DNA of 64,000 nt, from NCBI GenBank assembly GCA_964016885.1, contig OZ024745.1, forward strand, positions 4,464,001-4,528,000, given 5' to 3'. Both the position numbers and the translations under genes were made by a program. Under the pieces are notes generated by a model. It saw nothing but the letters and a program-made list of their open reading frames with translations, did no database searches and was not told the origin of the DNA. This document shows, piece by piece, positions 1 to 15,000 of this stretch. Every line of letters starts with the position of its first letter. Position 1 is the stretch's first letter. The DNA comes from Eledone cirrhosa. Taxonomy: Eukaryota.

Positions 1-3000
1 GGGTGTCAGATCAGTATTGGTAGGGTGTCAGATCAGTATTGGTAAGTTAGTAGTATTGGTAGGGTGTCAGATCAGTATTGGTAAGTTAGTAGTATTGGTA
101 GGGTGTCAGATCAGTATTGGTAGGGTGTCAGATCAGTATTGGTAAGTTAGTAGTATTGGTAAGGTGTCAGATCAGTATTGGTAAGTTAGTAGTATTGGTA
201 TGGTGTCAGATCAGTATTGGTAAGTTAGTAGTATTGGTAGGGTATCAGATCAGTATTGGTAAGTTAGTAGTATTGGTAGGGTGTCAGATCAGTATTGGTA
301 AGTTAGTAGAATTGGTAGGGTGTCAGATCAATATCAGTAAGTTAGTAGTATTGGTAGGGTGTCAGATCAGTATTGGTAAGTTAGTAGTATTGATAGGGTG
401 TCAGATCAGTATTGGTAAGTTAGTAGTATTGGTAGGGTGTCAGATCAGTATTGGTAAGTTAGTAGTATTGGTAGGGTGTCAGATCAATATCAGTAAGTTA
501 GTAGTATTGGTAGGGTGTCAGATCAATATCAGTAAGTTAGTAGTATTGGTAAGGTGTCAGATCAGTATTGGTAAGTTAGTAATATTGGTAGGGTGTCAGA
601 TCAGTATTGGTAAGTTAGTAGTATTGGTAGGGTGTCAGATCAGTATTGGTAAGTTAGTAGTATTGGTAGGGTGTCAGATCAGTATTGGTAAGTTAGTAGT
701 ATTGGTAGGGTGTCAGATCAATATCAGTAAGTTAGTAGTATTGGTAGGGTGTCAGATCAGTATTGGTAAGTTAGTAGTATTGGTAGGGTGTCAGATCAGT
801 ATTGGTAAGTTAGTAGTATTGGTAGGGAGTCAGATCAGTATTGGTAAGTTAGTAGTATTGGTAGGGTGTCAGATCAGTATTGGTAAGTTAGTAGTATTGG
901 TAGGGTGTCAGATCAATATCAGTAAGTTAGTAGTATTGGTAGGGTGTCAGATCAATATCAGTAAGTTAGTAGTATTGGTAAGGTGTCAGATCAGTATTGG
1001 TAAGTTAGTAGTATTGGTAGGGTGTCAGATCAATATCAGTAAGTTAGTAGTATTGGTAGGGTGTCAGATCAGTATTGGTAAGTTAGTAGTATTGGTAGGG
1101 TGTCAGATCAGTATTGGTAAGTTAGTAGTATTGGTAGGGTGTCAGATCAGTATTAGTAAGTTAGTAGTATTGGTAGGGTGTCAGATCAGTATTGGTAAGT
1201 TAGTAGTATTGGTAGGGTGTCAGATCAGTATTGGTAAGTTAGTAGTATTGGTAGGGTGTCAGATCAGTATTGGTAAGTTAGTAGTATTGGTAGGGTGTCA
1301 GATCAGTATCGGTAAGTTAGTAGTATTGGTAGGGTGTCAGATCAATATCAGTAAGTTAGTAGTATTGGTAGGGTGTCAGATCAGTATTGGTAAGTTAGTA
1401 GTATTGGTAGGGTGTCAGATCAGTATTGGTAAGTTAGTAGTATGGTAGGGTGTCAGATCAATATCAGTAAGTTAGTAGTATTGGTAGGGTGTCAGATCAA
1501 TATCAGTAAGTTAGTAGTATTGGTAGGGTGTCAGATCAATATCAGTAAGTTAGTAGTATTGGTAGGGTGTCAGATCAGTATTGGTAAGTTAGCAGTATTG
1601 GTAAGGTGTCAGATCAGTATTGGTAAGTTAGTAGTATTGGTAGGGTGTCAGATCAATATCAGTAAGTTAGTAGTATTGGTAAGGGTGTCAGATCAGTATT
1701 GGTAAGTTAGTAGTATTGGTAAGGTGTCAGATCAGTATTGGTAAGTTAGTAGTATTGGTAGGGTGTCAGATCAGTATTGGTAGGGTGTCAGATCAGTATT
1801 GGTAAGTTAGTAGTATTGGTAAGGTGTCAGATCAGTATTGGTAAGTTAGTAGTATTGGTAGGGGTGTCAGATCAATATCAGTAAGTTAGTAGTATTGGTA
1901 AGGTGTCAGATCAGTATTGGTAAGTTAGTAGTATTGGTAGGGTGTCAGATCAGTATTGGTAAGTTAGTAGTATTGGTAAGGTGTCAGATCAGTATTGGTA
2001 AGTTAGTAGTATTGGTAGGGTGTCAGATCAATATCAGTAAGTTAGTAGTTATTGGTAAGGTGTCAGATCAGTATTGGTAAGTTAGTAGTATTGGTAAGGT
2101 GTCAGATCAGTATTGGTAAGTTAGTAGTATTGGTAGGGTGTCAGATCAGTATTGGTAAGTTAGTAGTATTGGTAGGGTGTCAGATCAGTATTGGTAAGTT
2201 AGTAGTATTGGTAGGGTGTCAGATCAGTATTGGTAAGTTAGTAGTATTGGTAGGGTGTCAGATCAGTATTGGTAAGTTAGTAGTATTGGTAGGGTGTCAG
2301 ATCAGTATTGGTAAGTTAGTAGTATTGGTAGGGTGTCAGATCAATATCAGTAAGTTAGTAGTATTGGTAGGNNNNNNNNNNNNNNNNNNNNNNNNNNNNN
2401 NNNNNNNNNNNNNNNNNNNNNNNNNNNNNNNNNNNNNNNNNNNNNNNNNNNNNNNNNNNNNNNNNNNNNNNNNNNNNNNNNNNNNNNNNNNNNNNNNNNN
2501 NNNNNNNNNNNNNNNNNNNNNNNNNNNNNNNNNNNNNNNNNNNNNNNNNNNNNNNNNNNNNNNNNNNNNNNGCTCAATATCAGTAAGGTTAGTAGTATTG
2601 GTAGGGTGTCAGATCAATATCAGTAAGTTAGTAGTATTGGTAGGGTGTCAGATCAATATCAGTAAGTTAGTAGTATTGGTAGGGTGTCAGATCAGTATTG
2701 GTAAGTTAGTAGTATTGGTAGGGTGTCAGATCAGTATTGGTAAGTTAGTAGTATTGGTAGGGTGTCAGTTCAATATCAGTAAGTTAGTAGTATTGGTAGG
2801 GTGTCAGATCAGTATTGGTAAGTTAGTAGTATTGGTAGGGTGTCAGATCAGTATTGGTAAGTTAGTAGTATTGGTAGGGTGTCAGATCAGTATTGGTAAG
2901 TTAGTAGTATTGGTAGGGTGTCAGATCAATATCAGTAAGTTAGTAGTATTGGTAGGGTGTCAGATCAATATCAGTAAGTTAGTAGTATTGGTAAGGGTGT

Positions 3001-6000
3001 CAGATCAGTATTGGTAAGTTAGTAGTATTGGTAGGGTGTCAGATCAGTATTGGTAAGTTAGTAGTATTGGTAGGGTGTCAGATCAGTATTGGTAAGTTAG
3101 TAGTATTGGTAGGGTGTCAGATCAGTATTGGTAAGTTAGTAGTATTGGTAGGGTGTCAGATCAATATCAGTAAGTTAGTAGTATTGGTAGGGTGTCAGAT
3201 CAGTATTGGTAAGTTAGTAGTATTGGTAGGGTGTCAGATCAGTATTGGTAAGTTAGTAGTATTGGTAGGGTGTCAGATCAGTATTGGTAAGTTAGTAGTA
3301 TTGGTAGGGTGTCAGATCAGTATTGGTAAGTTAGTAGTATTGGTAGGGTGTCAGATCAATATCAGTAAGTTAGTAGTATTGGTAGGGTGTCAGATCAGTA
3401 TTGGTAAGTTAGTAGTATTGGTAGGGTGTCAGATCAGTATTGGTAAGTTAGTAGTATTGGTAGGGTGTCAGATCAATATCAGTAAGTTAGTAGTATTGGT
3501 AGGGTGTCAGATCAATATTGGTAAGTTAGTAGTATTGGTAGGGTGTCAGATCAATATCGGTAAGTTAGTAGTATTGGTAGGGTGTCAGATCAGTATTGGT
3601 AAGTTAGTAGTATTGGTAGGGTGTCAGATCAGTATCAGTAAGTTAGTAGTATTGGTAGGGTGTCAGATCAGTATCAGTAAGTTAGTAGTATTGGTAGGGT
3701 GTCAGATCAGTATTGGTAAGTTAGTAGTATTGGTAGGGTGTCAGATCAGTATCTGGTAAGTTAGTAGTATTGGTAGGGTGTCAGATCAGTATTGGTAAGT
3801 TAGTAGTATTGGTAGGGTGTCAGATCAATATCAGGTAAGTTAGTAGTATTGGTAGGGTGTCAGATCAGTATTGGTAAGTTAGTAGTATTGGTAGGGTGTC
3901 AGATCAGTATTGGTAAGTTAGTAGTATTGGTAGGGTGTCAGATCAATATCAGGTAAGTTAGTAGTATTGGTAGGGTGTCAGATCAGTATTGGTAAGTTAG
4001 TAGTATTGGTAGGGTGTCAGATCAATATTGGTAAGTTAGTAGTATTGGTAGGGTGTCAGATCAATATCAGTAAGTTAGTAGTATTGGTAGGGTGTCAGAT
4101 CAGTATTGGTAAGTTAGTAGTATTGGTAGGGTGTCAGATCAATATCAGTAAGTTAGTAGTATTTGTAGGGTGTCAGATCAATATCAGTAAGTTAGTAGTA
4201 TTGGTAGGGTGTCAGATCAGTATTGGTAAGTTAGTAGTATCGGTAGGGTGTCAGATCAATATCAGTAAGTTAGTAGTATTGGTAGGGTGTCAGATCAGTA
4301 TTGGTAAGTTGGTAGTATTGGTAGGGTGTCAGATCAATATCGGTAAGTTAGTAGTATTGGTAGGGTGTCAGATCAGTATTGGTAAGTTAGTAGTATTGGT
4401 AGGGTGTCAGATCAGTATTGGTAAGTTAGTAGTATTGGTAGGGTGTCAGATCATTATTGGTAAGTTAGTAGTATTGGTAGGGTGTCAGATCAGTATTGGT
4501 AAGGGGTGTCAGATCAGTATTGGTAAGTTAGTAGTATTGGTAAGGGTGTCAGATCAGTATTGGTAGGGTGTCAGATCAGTATTGGTAAGTTAGTAGTATT
4601 GGTAGGGTGTCAGATCAGATATCAGTAAGTTAGTAGTATTGGTAGGGTGTCAGATCAATATCAGTAAGTTAGTAGTATTGGTAGGGTGTCAGATCAGTAT
4701 TGGTAAGTTAGTAGTATTGGTAGGGTGTCAGATCAGTATCAGGTAAGTTAGTAGTATTGGTAGGGTGTCAGATCAGTATTGGTAAGTTAGTAGTATTGGT
4801 AGGGTGTCAGATCAGTATCAGTAAGTTAGTAGTATTGGGTAGGGTGTCAGATCAGTATCAGTAAGTTAGTAGTATTGGTAGGGTGTCAGATCAGTATTGG
4901 TAAGTTAGTAGTATTGGTAGGGTGTCAGATCAGTATTGGTAAGTTAGTAGTATTGGTAGGGTGTCAGATCAGTATTGGTAAGTTAGTAGTATTGGTAGGG
5001 TGTCAGATCAATATCGGTAAGTTAGTAGTATTGGTAGGGTGTCAGATCAGTATTGGTAAGTTAGTAGTATTGGTAGGGTGTCAGATCAGTATTGGTAAGT
5101 TAGTAGTATTGGTAGGGTGTCAGATCAATATCAGGTAAGTTAGTAGTATTGGTAGGGTGTCAGATCAGTATTGGTAAGTTAGTAGTATTGGTAGGGTGTC
5201 AGATCAATATTGGTAAGTTAGTAGTATTGGTAGGGTGTCAGATCAATATCAGTAAGTTAGTAGTATTGGTAGGGTGTCAGATCAGTATTGGTAAGTTAGT
5301 AGTATTGGTAGGGTGTCAGATCAATATCAGTAAGTTAGTAGTATTGGTAGGGTGTCAGATCAATATCAGTAAGTTAGTAGTATTGGTAGGGTGTCAGATC
5401 AGTATTGGTAAGTTAGTAGTATCGGTAGGGTGTCAGATCAATATCAGTAAGTTAGTAGTATTGGTAGGGGTGTCAGATCAGTATTGGTAAGTTGGTAGTA
5501 TTGGTAGGGTGTCAGATCAATATCGGTAAGTTAGTAGTATTGGTAGGGTGTCAGATCAATATTGGTAAGTTAGTAGTATTGGTAGGGTGTCAGATCAGTA
5601 TTGGTAAGTTAGTAGTATTGGTAGGGTGTCAGATCAGTATTGGTAAGTTAGTAGTATTGGTAGGGTGTCAGATCAGTATTGGTAAGTTAGTAGTATTGGT
5701 AGGGTGTCAGATCAATATCAGTAAGTTAGTAGTATTGGTAGGGTGTCAGATCAGTATTGGTAAGTTAGTAGTATTGGTAGGGTGTCAGATCAGTATTGGT
5801 AAGTTAGTAGTATTGGTAGGGTGTCAGATCAGTATTGGTAAGTTAGTAGTATTGGTAGGGTGTCAGATCAGTATTGGTAAGTTAGTAGTATTGGTAGGGT
5901 GTCAGATCAGTATGGTAAGTTAGTAGTATTGGTAGGGTGTCAGATCAGTATTGGTAAGTTAGTAGTATTGGTAGGGTGTCAGATCAGTATTGGTAAGTTA

Positions 6001-9000
6001 GTAGTATTGGTAGGGTGTCAGATCAATATCAGGTAAGTTAGTAGTATTGGTAGGGTGTCAGATCAGTATTGGTAAGTTAGTAGTATTGGTAGGGTGTCAG
6101 ATCAGTATCTGTAAGTTAGTAGTATTGGTAGGGTGTCAGATCAGTATTGGTAAGTTAGTAGTATTGGTAGGGTGTCAGATCAGTATTGGTAAGTTAGTAG
6201 TATTGGTAGGGTGTCAGATCAGTATTGGTAAGTTAGTAGTATTGGTAGGGTGTCAGATCAATATCAGTAAGTTAGTAGTATTGGTAGGGTGTCAGATCAG
6301 TATTGGTAAGTTAGTAGTATTGGTAGGGTGTCAGATCAGTATTGGTAAGTTAGTAGTATTGGTAGGGTGTCAGATCAGTATTGGTAAGTTAGTAGTATTG
6401 GTAGGGTGTCAGATCATATCAGTAAGTTAGTAGTATTGGTAGGGTGTCAGATCAGTATTGGTAAGTTAGTAGTATTGGTAGGGTGTCAGATCAGTATTGG
6501 TAAGTTAGTAGTATTGGTAGGGTGTCAGATCAGTATTGGTAAGTTAGTAGTATTGGTAGGGTGTCAGATCAATATCAGTAAGTTAGTAGTATTGGTAGGG
6601 TGTCAGATCAGTATTGGTAAGTTAGTAGTATTGGTAGGGTGTCAGATCAGTATTGGTAAGTTAGTAGTATTGGTAGGGTGTCAGATCAGTATTGGTAAGT
6701 TAGTAGTATTGGTAGGGTGTCAGATCAGTATTGGTAAGTTAGTAGTATTGGTAGGGTGTCAGATCAATATCAGGTAAGTTAGTAGTAGTATTGGTAGGGT
6801 GTCAGATCAGTATTGAGTAAGTTAGTAGTATTGGTAGGGTGTCAGATCAGTATCTGGTAAGTTAGTAGTATTGGTAGGGTGTCAGATCAGTATTGGTAAG
6901 TTAGTAGTATTAGGTAGGGTGTCAGATCAATATCGGTAAGTTAGTAGTATTGGTAGGGTGTCAGATCAATATCGGTAAGTTCGTAGTATTGGTAGGGTGT
7001 CAGATCAGTATTGGTAAGTTAGTAGTATTGGTAGGGTGTCAGATCAATATCAGTAAGTTAGTAGTATTGGTAGGGTGTCAGATCAGTATTGGTAAGTTAG
7101 TAGTATTGGTAGGGTGTCAGATCAATATCAGTAAGTTAGTAGTATTGGTAGGGGTGTCAGATCAGTATTGGTAAGTTAGTAGTATTGGTAGGGTGTCAGA
7201 TCAATATCGGTAAGTTAGTAGTATTGGTAGGGTGTCAGATCAGTATTAGTAAGTTAGTAGTATTGGTAGGGTGTCAGATCAATATCGGTAAGTTAGTAGT
7301 ATTGGTAGGGTGTCAGATCAGTATTGGTAAGTTAGTAGTATTGGTAGGGTGTCAGATCAGTATTGGTAAGTTAGTAGTATTGGTAGGGTGTCAGATCAGT
7401 ATCGGTAAGTTAGTAGTATTGGTAGGGTGTCAGATCAATATCAGTAAGTTAGTAGTATTGGTAGGGTGTCAGATCAGTATTGGTAAGTTAGTAGTATTGG
7501 TAGGGTGTCAGATCAGTATTGGTAAGTTAGTAGTATTGGTAGGGTGTCAGATCAATATCAGTAAGTTAGTAGTATTGGTAGGGTGTCAGATCAATATCAG
7601 TAAGTTAGTAGTATTGGTAGGGTGTCAGATCAATATCAGTAAGTTAGTAGTATTGGTAGGGTGTCAGATCAGTATTGGTAAGTTAGCAGTATTGGTAAGG
7701 GTGTCAGATCAGTATTGGTAAGTTAGTAGTATTGGTAGGGTGTCAGATCAATATCAGTAAGTTAGTAGTATTGGTAAGGTGTCAGATCAGTATTGGTAAG
7801 TTAGTAGTATTGGTAAGGTGTCAGATCAGTATTGGTAAGTTAGTAGTATTGGTAGGGTGTCAGATCAGTATTGGTAGGGTGTCAGATCAGTATTGGTAAG
7901 TTAGTAGTATTGGTAAGGTGTCAGATCAGTATTGGTAAGTTAGTAGTATTGGTAGGGTGTCAGATCAATATCAGTAAGTTAGTAGTATTGGTAAGGTGTC
8001 AGATCAGTATTGGTAAGTTAGTAGTATTGGTAGGGTGTCAGATCAGTATTGGTAAGTTAGTAGTATTGGTAAGGGTGTCAGATCAGTATTGGTAAGTTAG
8101 TAGTATTGGTAGGGTGTCAGATCAATATCAGTAAGTTAGTAGTATTGGTAAGGTGTCAGATCAGTATTGGTAAGTTAGAAGTATTGGTAAGGTGTCAGAT
8201 CAGTATTGGTAAGTTAGTAGTATTGGTAGGGTGTCAGATCAGTATTGGTAAGTTAGTAGTATTGGTAGGGTGTCAGATCAGTATTGGTAAGTTAGTAGTA
8301 TTGGTAGGGTGTCAGATCAGTATTGGTAAGTTAGTAGTATTGGTAGGGTGTCAGATCAGTATTGGTAAGTTAGTAGTATTGGTAGGGTGTCAGATCAGTA
8401 TTGGTAAGTTAGTAGTATTGGTAGGGTGTCAGATCAATATCAGTAAGTTAGTAGTATTGGTAGGGTGTCAGATCAGTATTGGTAAGTTAGTAGTATTGAT
8501 AGGGTGTCAGATCAGTATTGGTACGTTAGTAGTATTGGTAGGGTGTCAGATCAGTATTGGTAAGTTAGTAGTATTGGTAGGGTGTCAGATCAATATCAGT
8601 AAGTTAGTAGTATTGGTAGGGTGTCAGATCAATATCCGTAAGTTAGTAGTATTGGTAGGGTGTCAGATCAGTATTGGTAAGTTAGTAGTATTGGTAGGGT
8701 GTCAGATCAGTATTGGTAAGTTAGTAGTATTGGTAGGGTGTCAGATCAGTATTGGTAAGTTAGTAGTATTGGTAGGGTGCCAGATCAATATGAGTAAGTT
8801 AGTAGTATTGGTAGGGTGTCAGATCAGTATTGGTAAGTTAGTAGTATTGGTAGGGTGTCAGATCAGTATTGGTAAGTTAGTAGTATTGGTAGGGTGTCAG
8901 ATCAGTATTGGTAAGTTAGTAGTATTGGTAGGGTGTCAGATCAGTATTGGTAAGTTAGTAGTATTGGTAGGGTGTCAGATCAATATCAGTAAGTTAGTAG

Positions 9001-12000
9001 TATTGGTAGGGTGTCAGATCAATATCAGTAAGTTAGTAGTATTGGTAAGGTGTCAGATCAGTATTGGTAAGTTAGTAGTATTGGTAGGGTGTCAGATCAG
9101 TATTGGTAAGTTAGTAGTATTGGTAGGGTGTCAGATCAGTATTGGTAAGTTAGTAGTATTGGTAGGGTGTCAGATCAGTATTGGTAAGTTAGTAGTATTG
9201 GTAGGGTGTGAGATCAGTATTGGTAAGTTAGTAGTATTGGTAGGGTGTCAGATCAGTATTGGTAAGTTAGTAGTATTGGTAGGGTGTCAGATCAGTATTG
9301 GTAAGTTAGTAGTATTGGTAGGGTGTCAGATCAGTATTGGTAGGGTGTCAGATCAGTATTGGTATGTTAGTAGTATTGGTAGGGTGTCAGATCAGTATTG
9401 GTAAGTTAGTAGTATTGGTAGGGTGTCAGATCAGTATTGGTAAGTTAGTAGTATTGGTAGGGTGTCAGATCAGTATTGGTAAGTTAGTAGAATTGGTAGG
9501 GTGTCAGATCAATATCAGTAAGTTAGTAGTATTGGTAGGGTGTCAGATCAGTATTGGTAAGTTAGTAGTATTGGTAGGGTGTCAGATCAGTATTGGTAAG
9601 TTAGTAGTATTGGTAGGGTGTCAGATCAATATCAGTAAGTTAGTAGTATTGGTAGGGTGTCAGATCAGTATTGGTAAGTTAGTAGTATTGGTAGGGTGTC
9701 AGCTCAATATCAGTAAGTTAGTAGTATTGGTAGGGTGTCAGATCAATATCAGTAAGTTAGTAGTATTGGTAGGGTGTCAGATCAATATCAGTAAGTTAGT
9801 AGTATTGGTAGGGTGTCAGATCAGTATTGGTAAGTTAGTAGTATTGGTAGGGTGTCAGATCAGTATTGGTAAGTTAGTAGTATTGGTAGGGTGTCAGATC
9901 AATATCAGTAAGTTAGTAGTATTGGTAGGGTGTCAGATCAGTATTGGTAAGTTAGTAGTATTGGTAGGGTGTCAGATCAGTATTGGTAAGTTAGTAGTAT
10001 TGGTAGGGTGTCAGATCAGTATTGGTAAGTTAGTAGTATTGGTAGGGTGTCAGATCAATATCAGTAAGTTAGTAGTATTGGTAGGGTGTCAGATCAATAT
10101 CAGTAAGTTAGTAGTATTGGTAAGGTGTCAGATCAGTATTGGTAAGTTAGTAGTATTGGTAGGGTGTCAGATCAGTATTGGTAAGTTAGTAGTATTGGTA
10201 GGGTGTCAGATCAGTATTGGTAAGTTAGTAGTATTGGTAGGGTGTCAGATCAATATCAGTAAGTTAGTAGTATTGGTAGGGTGTCAGATCAGTATTGGTA
10301 AGTTAGTAGTATTGGTAGGGTGTCAGATCAGTATTGGTAAGTTAGTAGTATTGGTAGGGTGTCAGATCAGTATTGGTAAGTTAGTAGTATTGGTAGGGTG
10401 TCAGATCAGTATCAGTAAGTTAGTAGTATTGGTAGGGTGTCAGATCAGTATCAGTAAGTTAGTAGTATTGGTAGGGTGTCAGATCAGTATTGGTAAGTTA
10501 GTAGTATTGGTAGGGTGTCAGATCAGTATTGGTAAGTTAGTAGTATTGGTAGGGTGTCAGATCAGTATTGGTAAGTTAGTAGTATTGGTAGGGTGTCAGA
10601 TCAATATCGGTAAGTTAGTAGTATTGGTAGGGTGTCAGATCAGTATTGGTAAGTTAGTAGTATTGGTAGGGTGTCAGATCAGTATTGGTAAGTTAGTAGT
10701 ATTGGTAGGGTGTCAGATCAATATCAGTAAGTTAGTAGTATTGGTAGGGTGTCAGATCAGTATTGGTAAGTTAGTAGTATTGGTAGGGTGTCAGATCAAT
10801 ATTGGTAAGTTAGTAGTATTGGTAGGGTGTCAGATCAATATCAGTAAGTTAGTAGTATTGGTAGGGTGTCAGATCAGTATTGGTAAGTTGGTAGTATTGG
10901 TAGGGTGTCAGATCAATATCAGTAAGTTAGTAGTATTTGTAGGGTGTCAGATCAATATCGGTAAGTTAGTAGTATTGGTAGGGTGTCAGATCAGTATTGG
11001 TAAGTTAGTAGTATCGGTAGGGTGTCAGATCAATATCAGTAAGTTAGTAGTATTGGTAGGGTGTCAGATCAGTATTGGTAAGTTGGTAGTATTGGTAGGG
11101 TGTCAGATCAATATCGGTAAGTTAGTAGTATTGGTAGGGTGTCAGATCAATATTGGTAAGTTAGTAGTATTGGTAGGGTGTCAGATCAGTATTGGTAAGT
11201 TAGTAGTATTGGTAGGGTGTCAGATCAGTATTGGTAAGTTAGTAGTATTGGTAGGGTGTCAGATCAGTATTGGTAGGGTGTCAGATCAGTATTGGTAAGT
11301 TAGTAGTATTGGTAAGGTGTCAGATCAGTATTGGTAGGGTGTCAGATCAGTATTGGTAAGTTAGTAGTATTGGTAGGGTGTCAGATCAATATCAGTAAGT
11401 TAGTAGTATTGGTAGGGTGTCAGATCAATATCAGTAAGTTAGTAGTATTGGTAGGGTGTCAGATCAGTATTGGTAAGTTAGTAGTATTGGTAGGGTGTCA
11501 GATCAGTATCAGTAAGTTAGTAGTATTGGTAGGGTGTCAGATCAGTATTGGTAAGTTAGTAGTATTGGTAGGGTGTCAGATCAGTATCAGTAAGTTAGTA
11601 GTATTGGTAGGGTGTCAGATCAGTATCAGTAAGTTAGTAGTATTGATAGGGTGTCAGATCAGTATTGGTAAGTTAGTAGTATTGGTAGGGTGTCAGATCA
11701 GTATTGGTAAGTTAGTAGTATTGGTAGGGTGTCAGATCAGTATTGGTAAGTTAGTAGTATTGGTAGGGTGTCAGATCAATATCGGTAAGTTAGTAGTATT
11801 GGTAGGGTGTCAGATCAGTATTGGTAAGTTAGTAGTATTGGTAGGGTGTCAGATCAGTATTGGTAAGTTAGTAGTATTGGTAGGGTGTCAGATCAATATC
11901 AGTAAGTTAGTAGTATTGGTAGGGTGTCAGATCAGTATTGGTAAGTTAGTAGTATTGGTAGGGTGTCAGATCAATATTGGTAAGTTAGTAGTATTGGTAG

Positions 12001-15000
12001 GGTGTCAGATCAATATCAGTAAGTTAGTAGTATTGGTAGGGTGTCAGATCAGTATTGGTAAGTTGGTAGTATTGGTAGGGTGTCAGATCAATATCAGTAA
12101 GTTAGTAGTATTTGTAGGGTGTCAGATCAATATCAGTAAGTTAGTAGTATTGGTAGGGTGTCAGATCAGTATTGGTAAGTTAGTAGTATCGGTAGGGTGT
12201 CAGATCAATATCAGTAAGTTAGTAGTATTGGTAGGGTGTCAGATCAGTATTGGTAAGTTGGTAGTATTGGTAGGGTGTCAGATCAATATCGGTAAGTTAG
12301 TAGTATTGGTAGGGTGTCAGATCAATATTGGTAAGTTAGTAGTATTGGTAGGGTGTCAGATCAGTATTGGTAAGTTAGTAGTATTGGTAGGGTGTCAGAT
12401 CAGTATTGGTAAGTTAGTAGTATTGGTAGGGTGTCAGATCAGTATTGGTAAGTTAGTAGTATCGGTAGGGTGTCAGATCAATATCAGTAAGTTAGTAGTA
12501 TTGGTAGGGTGTCAGATCAGTATTGGTAAGTTGGTAGTATTGGTAGGGTGTCAGATCAATATCGGTAAGTTAGTAGTATTGGTAGGGTGTCAGATCAATA
12601 TTGGTAAGTTAGTAGTATTGGTAGGGTGTCAGATCAGTATTGGTAAGTTAGTAGTATTGGTAGGGTGTCAGATCAGTATTGGTAAGTTAGTAGTATTGGT
12701 AGGGTGTCAGATCAGTATTGGTAAGTTAGTAGTATTGGTAGGGTGTCAGATCAGTATTGGTAAGTTAGTAGTATTGGTAGGGTGTCAGATCAATATCAGT
12801 AAGTTAGTAGTATTGGTAGGGTGTCAGATCAGTATTGGTAAGTTGGTAGTATTGGTAGGGTGTCAGATCAATATCAGTAAGTTAGTAGTATTGGTAGGGT
12901 GGCAGATCAGTATTGGTAAGTTAGTAGTATTGGTAGGGTATCAGATCAGTATTGGTAAGTTAGTAGTATTGGTAGGGTGTCAGATCAGTATTGGTAAGCT
13001 AGTAGTATTGGTAGGGTGTCAGATCAATATCAGTAAGTTAGTAGTATTGGTAGGGTGTCAGATCAGTATTGGTAAGTTAGTAGTATTGGTAGGGTGTCAG
13101 ATCAGTATTGGTAAGTTAGTAGTATTGGTAGGGTGTCAGTTCAGTATTGGTAAGTTAGTAGTATTGGTAGGGTGTCAGATCAATATCAGTAAGTTAGTAG
13201 TATTGGTAGGGTGTCAGATCAGTATTGGTAAGTTAGTAGTATTGGTAGGGTGTCAGATCAGTATTGGTAAGTTAGTAGTATTGGTAGGGTGTCAGATCAG
13301 TATTGGTAAGTTGGTAGTATTGGTAGGGTGTCAGATCAATATCAGTAAGTTAGTAGTATTGGTAGGGTGGCAGATCAGTATTGGTAAGTTAGTAGTATTG
13401 GTAGGGTGTCAGATCAGTATTGGTAAGTTAGTAGTATTGGTAGGGTGTCAGATCAGTATTGGTAAGTTAGTAGTATTGGTAGGGTGTCAGATCAGTATTG
13501 GTAAGTTAGTAGTATTGGTAGGGTGTCAGATCAATATCAGTAAGTTAGTAGTATTGGTAGGGTGTCAGATCAGTATTAGTAAGTTAGTAGTATTGGTAGG
13601 GTGTCAGATCAATATCGGTAAGTTAGTAGTATTGGTAGGGTGTCAGATCAGTATTGGTAAGTTAGTAGTATTAGTAGGGTGTCAGATCAATATCGGTAAG
13701 TTAGTAGTATTGGTAGGGTGTCAGATCAATATCGGTAAGTTAGTAGTATTGGTAGGGTGTCAGATCAATATCAGTAAGTTAGTAGTATTGGTAGGGTGTC
13801 AGATCAGTATTGGTAAGTTAGTAGTATTGGTAGGGTGTCAGATCAGTATTGGTAAGTTAGTAGTATTGGTAGGGTGTCGGATCAATATCAGTAAGTTAGT
13901 AGTATTGGTAGGGTGTCAGATCAGTATTGGTAAGTTAGTAGTATTGGTAAGGTGTCAGATCAGTATTGGTAAGTTAGTAGTATTGGTAGGGTGTCAGATC
14001 AGTATTAGTAAGTTAGTAGTATTGGTAGGGTGTCAGATCAATATCGGTAAGTTAGTAGTATTGGTAGGGTGTCAGATCAGTATTGGTAAGTTAGTAGTAT
14101 TAGTAGGGTGTCAGATCAATATCGGTAAGTTAGTAGTATTGGTAGGGTGTCAGATCAATATCGGTAAGTTCGTAGTATTGGTAGGGTGTCAGATCAGTAT
14201 TGGTAAGTTAGTAGTATTGGTAGGGTGTCAGATCAATATCAGTAAGTTAGTAGTATTGGTAGGGTGTCAGATCAGTATTGGTAAGTTAGTAGTATTGGTA
14301 GGGTGTCAGATCAATATCAGTAAGTTAGTAGTATTGGTAGGGTGTCAGATCAGTATTGGTAAGTTAGTAGTATTGGTAGGGTGTCAGATCAATATCGGTA
14401 AGTTAGTAGTATTGGTAGGGTGTCAGATCAGTATTAGTAAGTTAGTAGTATTGGTAGGGTGTCAGATCAATATCGGTAAGTTAGTAGTATTGGTAGGGTG
14501 TCAGATCAGTATTGGTAAGTTAGTAGTATTGGTAGGGTGTCAGATCAGTATTGGTAAGTTAGTAGTATTGGTAGGGTGTCAGATCAGTATCGGTAAGTTA
14601 GTAGTATTGGTAGGGTGTCAGTTCAATATCAGTAAGTTAGTAGTATTGGTAGGGTGTCAGATCAGTATTGGTAAGTTAGTAGTATTGGTAGGGTGTCAGA
14701 TCAGTATTGGTAAGTTAGTAGTATTGGTAGGGTGTCAGATCAGTATTGGTAAGTTAGTAGTATTGGTAGGGTGTCAGATCAGTATTGGTAATTAAGTAGT
14801 ATTGGTAGGGTGTCAGATCAGTATTGGTAAGTTAGTAGTATTGGTAGGGTGTCAGATCAATATCAGTAAGTTAGTAGTATTGGTAGGGTGTCAGATCAAT
14901 ATCAGTAAGTTAGTAGTATTGGTAGGGTGTCAGATCAGTATTGGTAAGTTAGTAGTATTGGTAGGGTGTCAGATCAGTATCGGTAAGTTAGTAGTATTGG

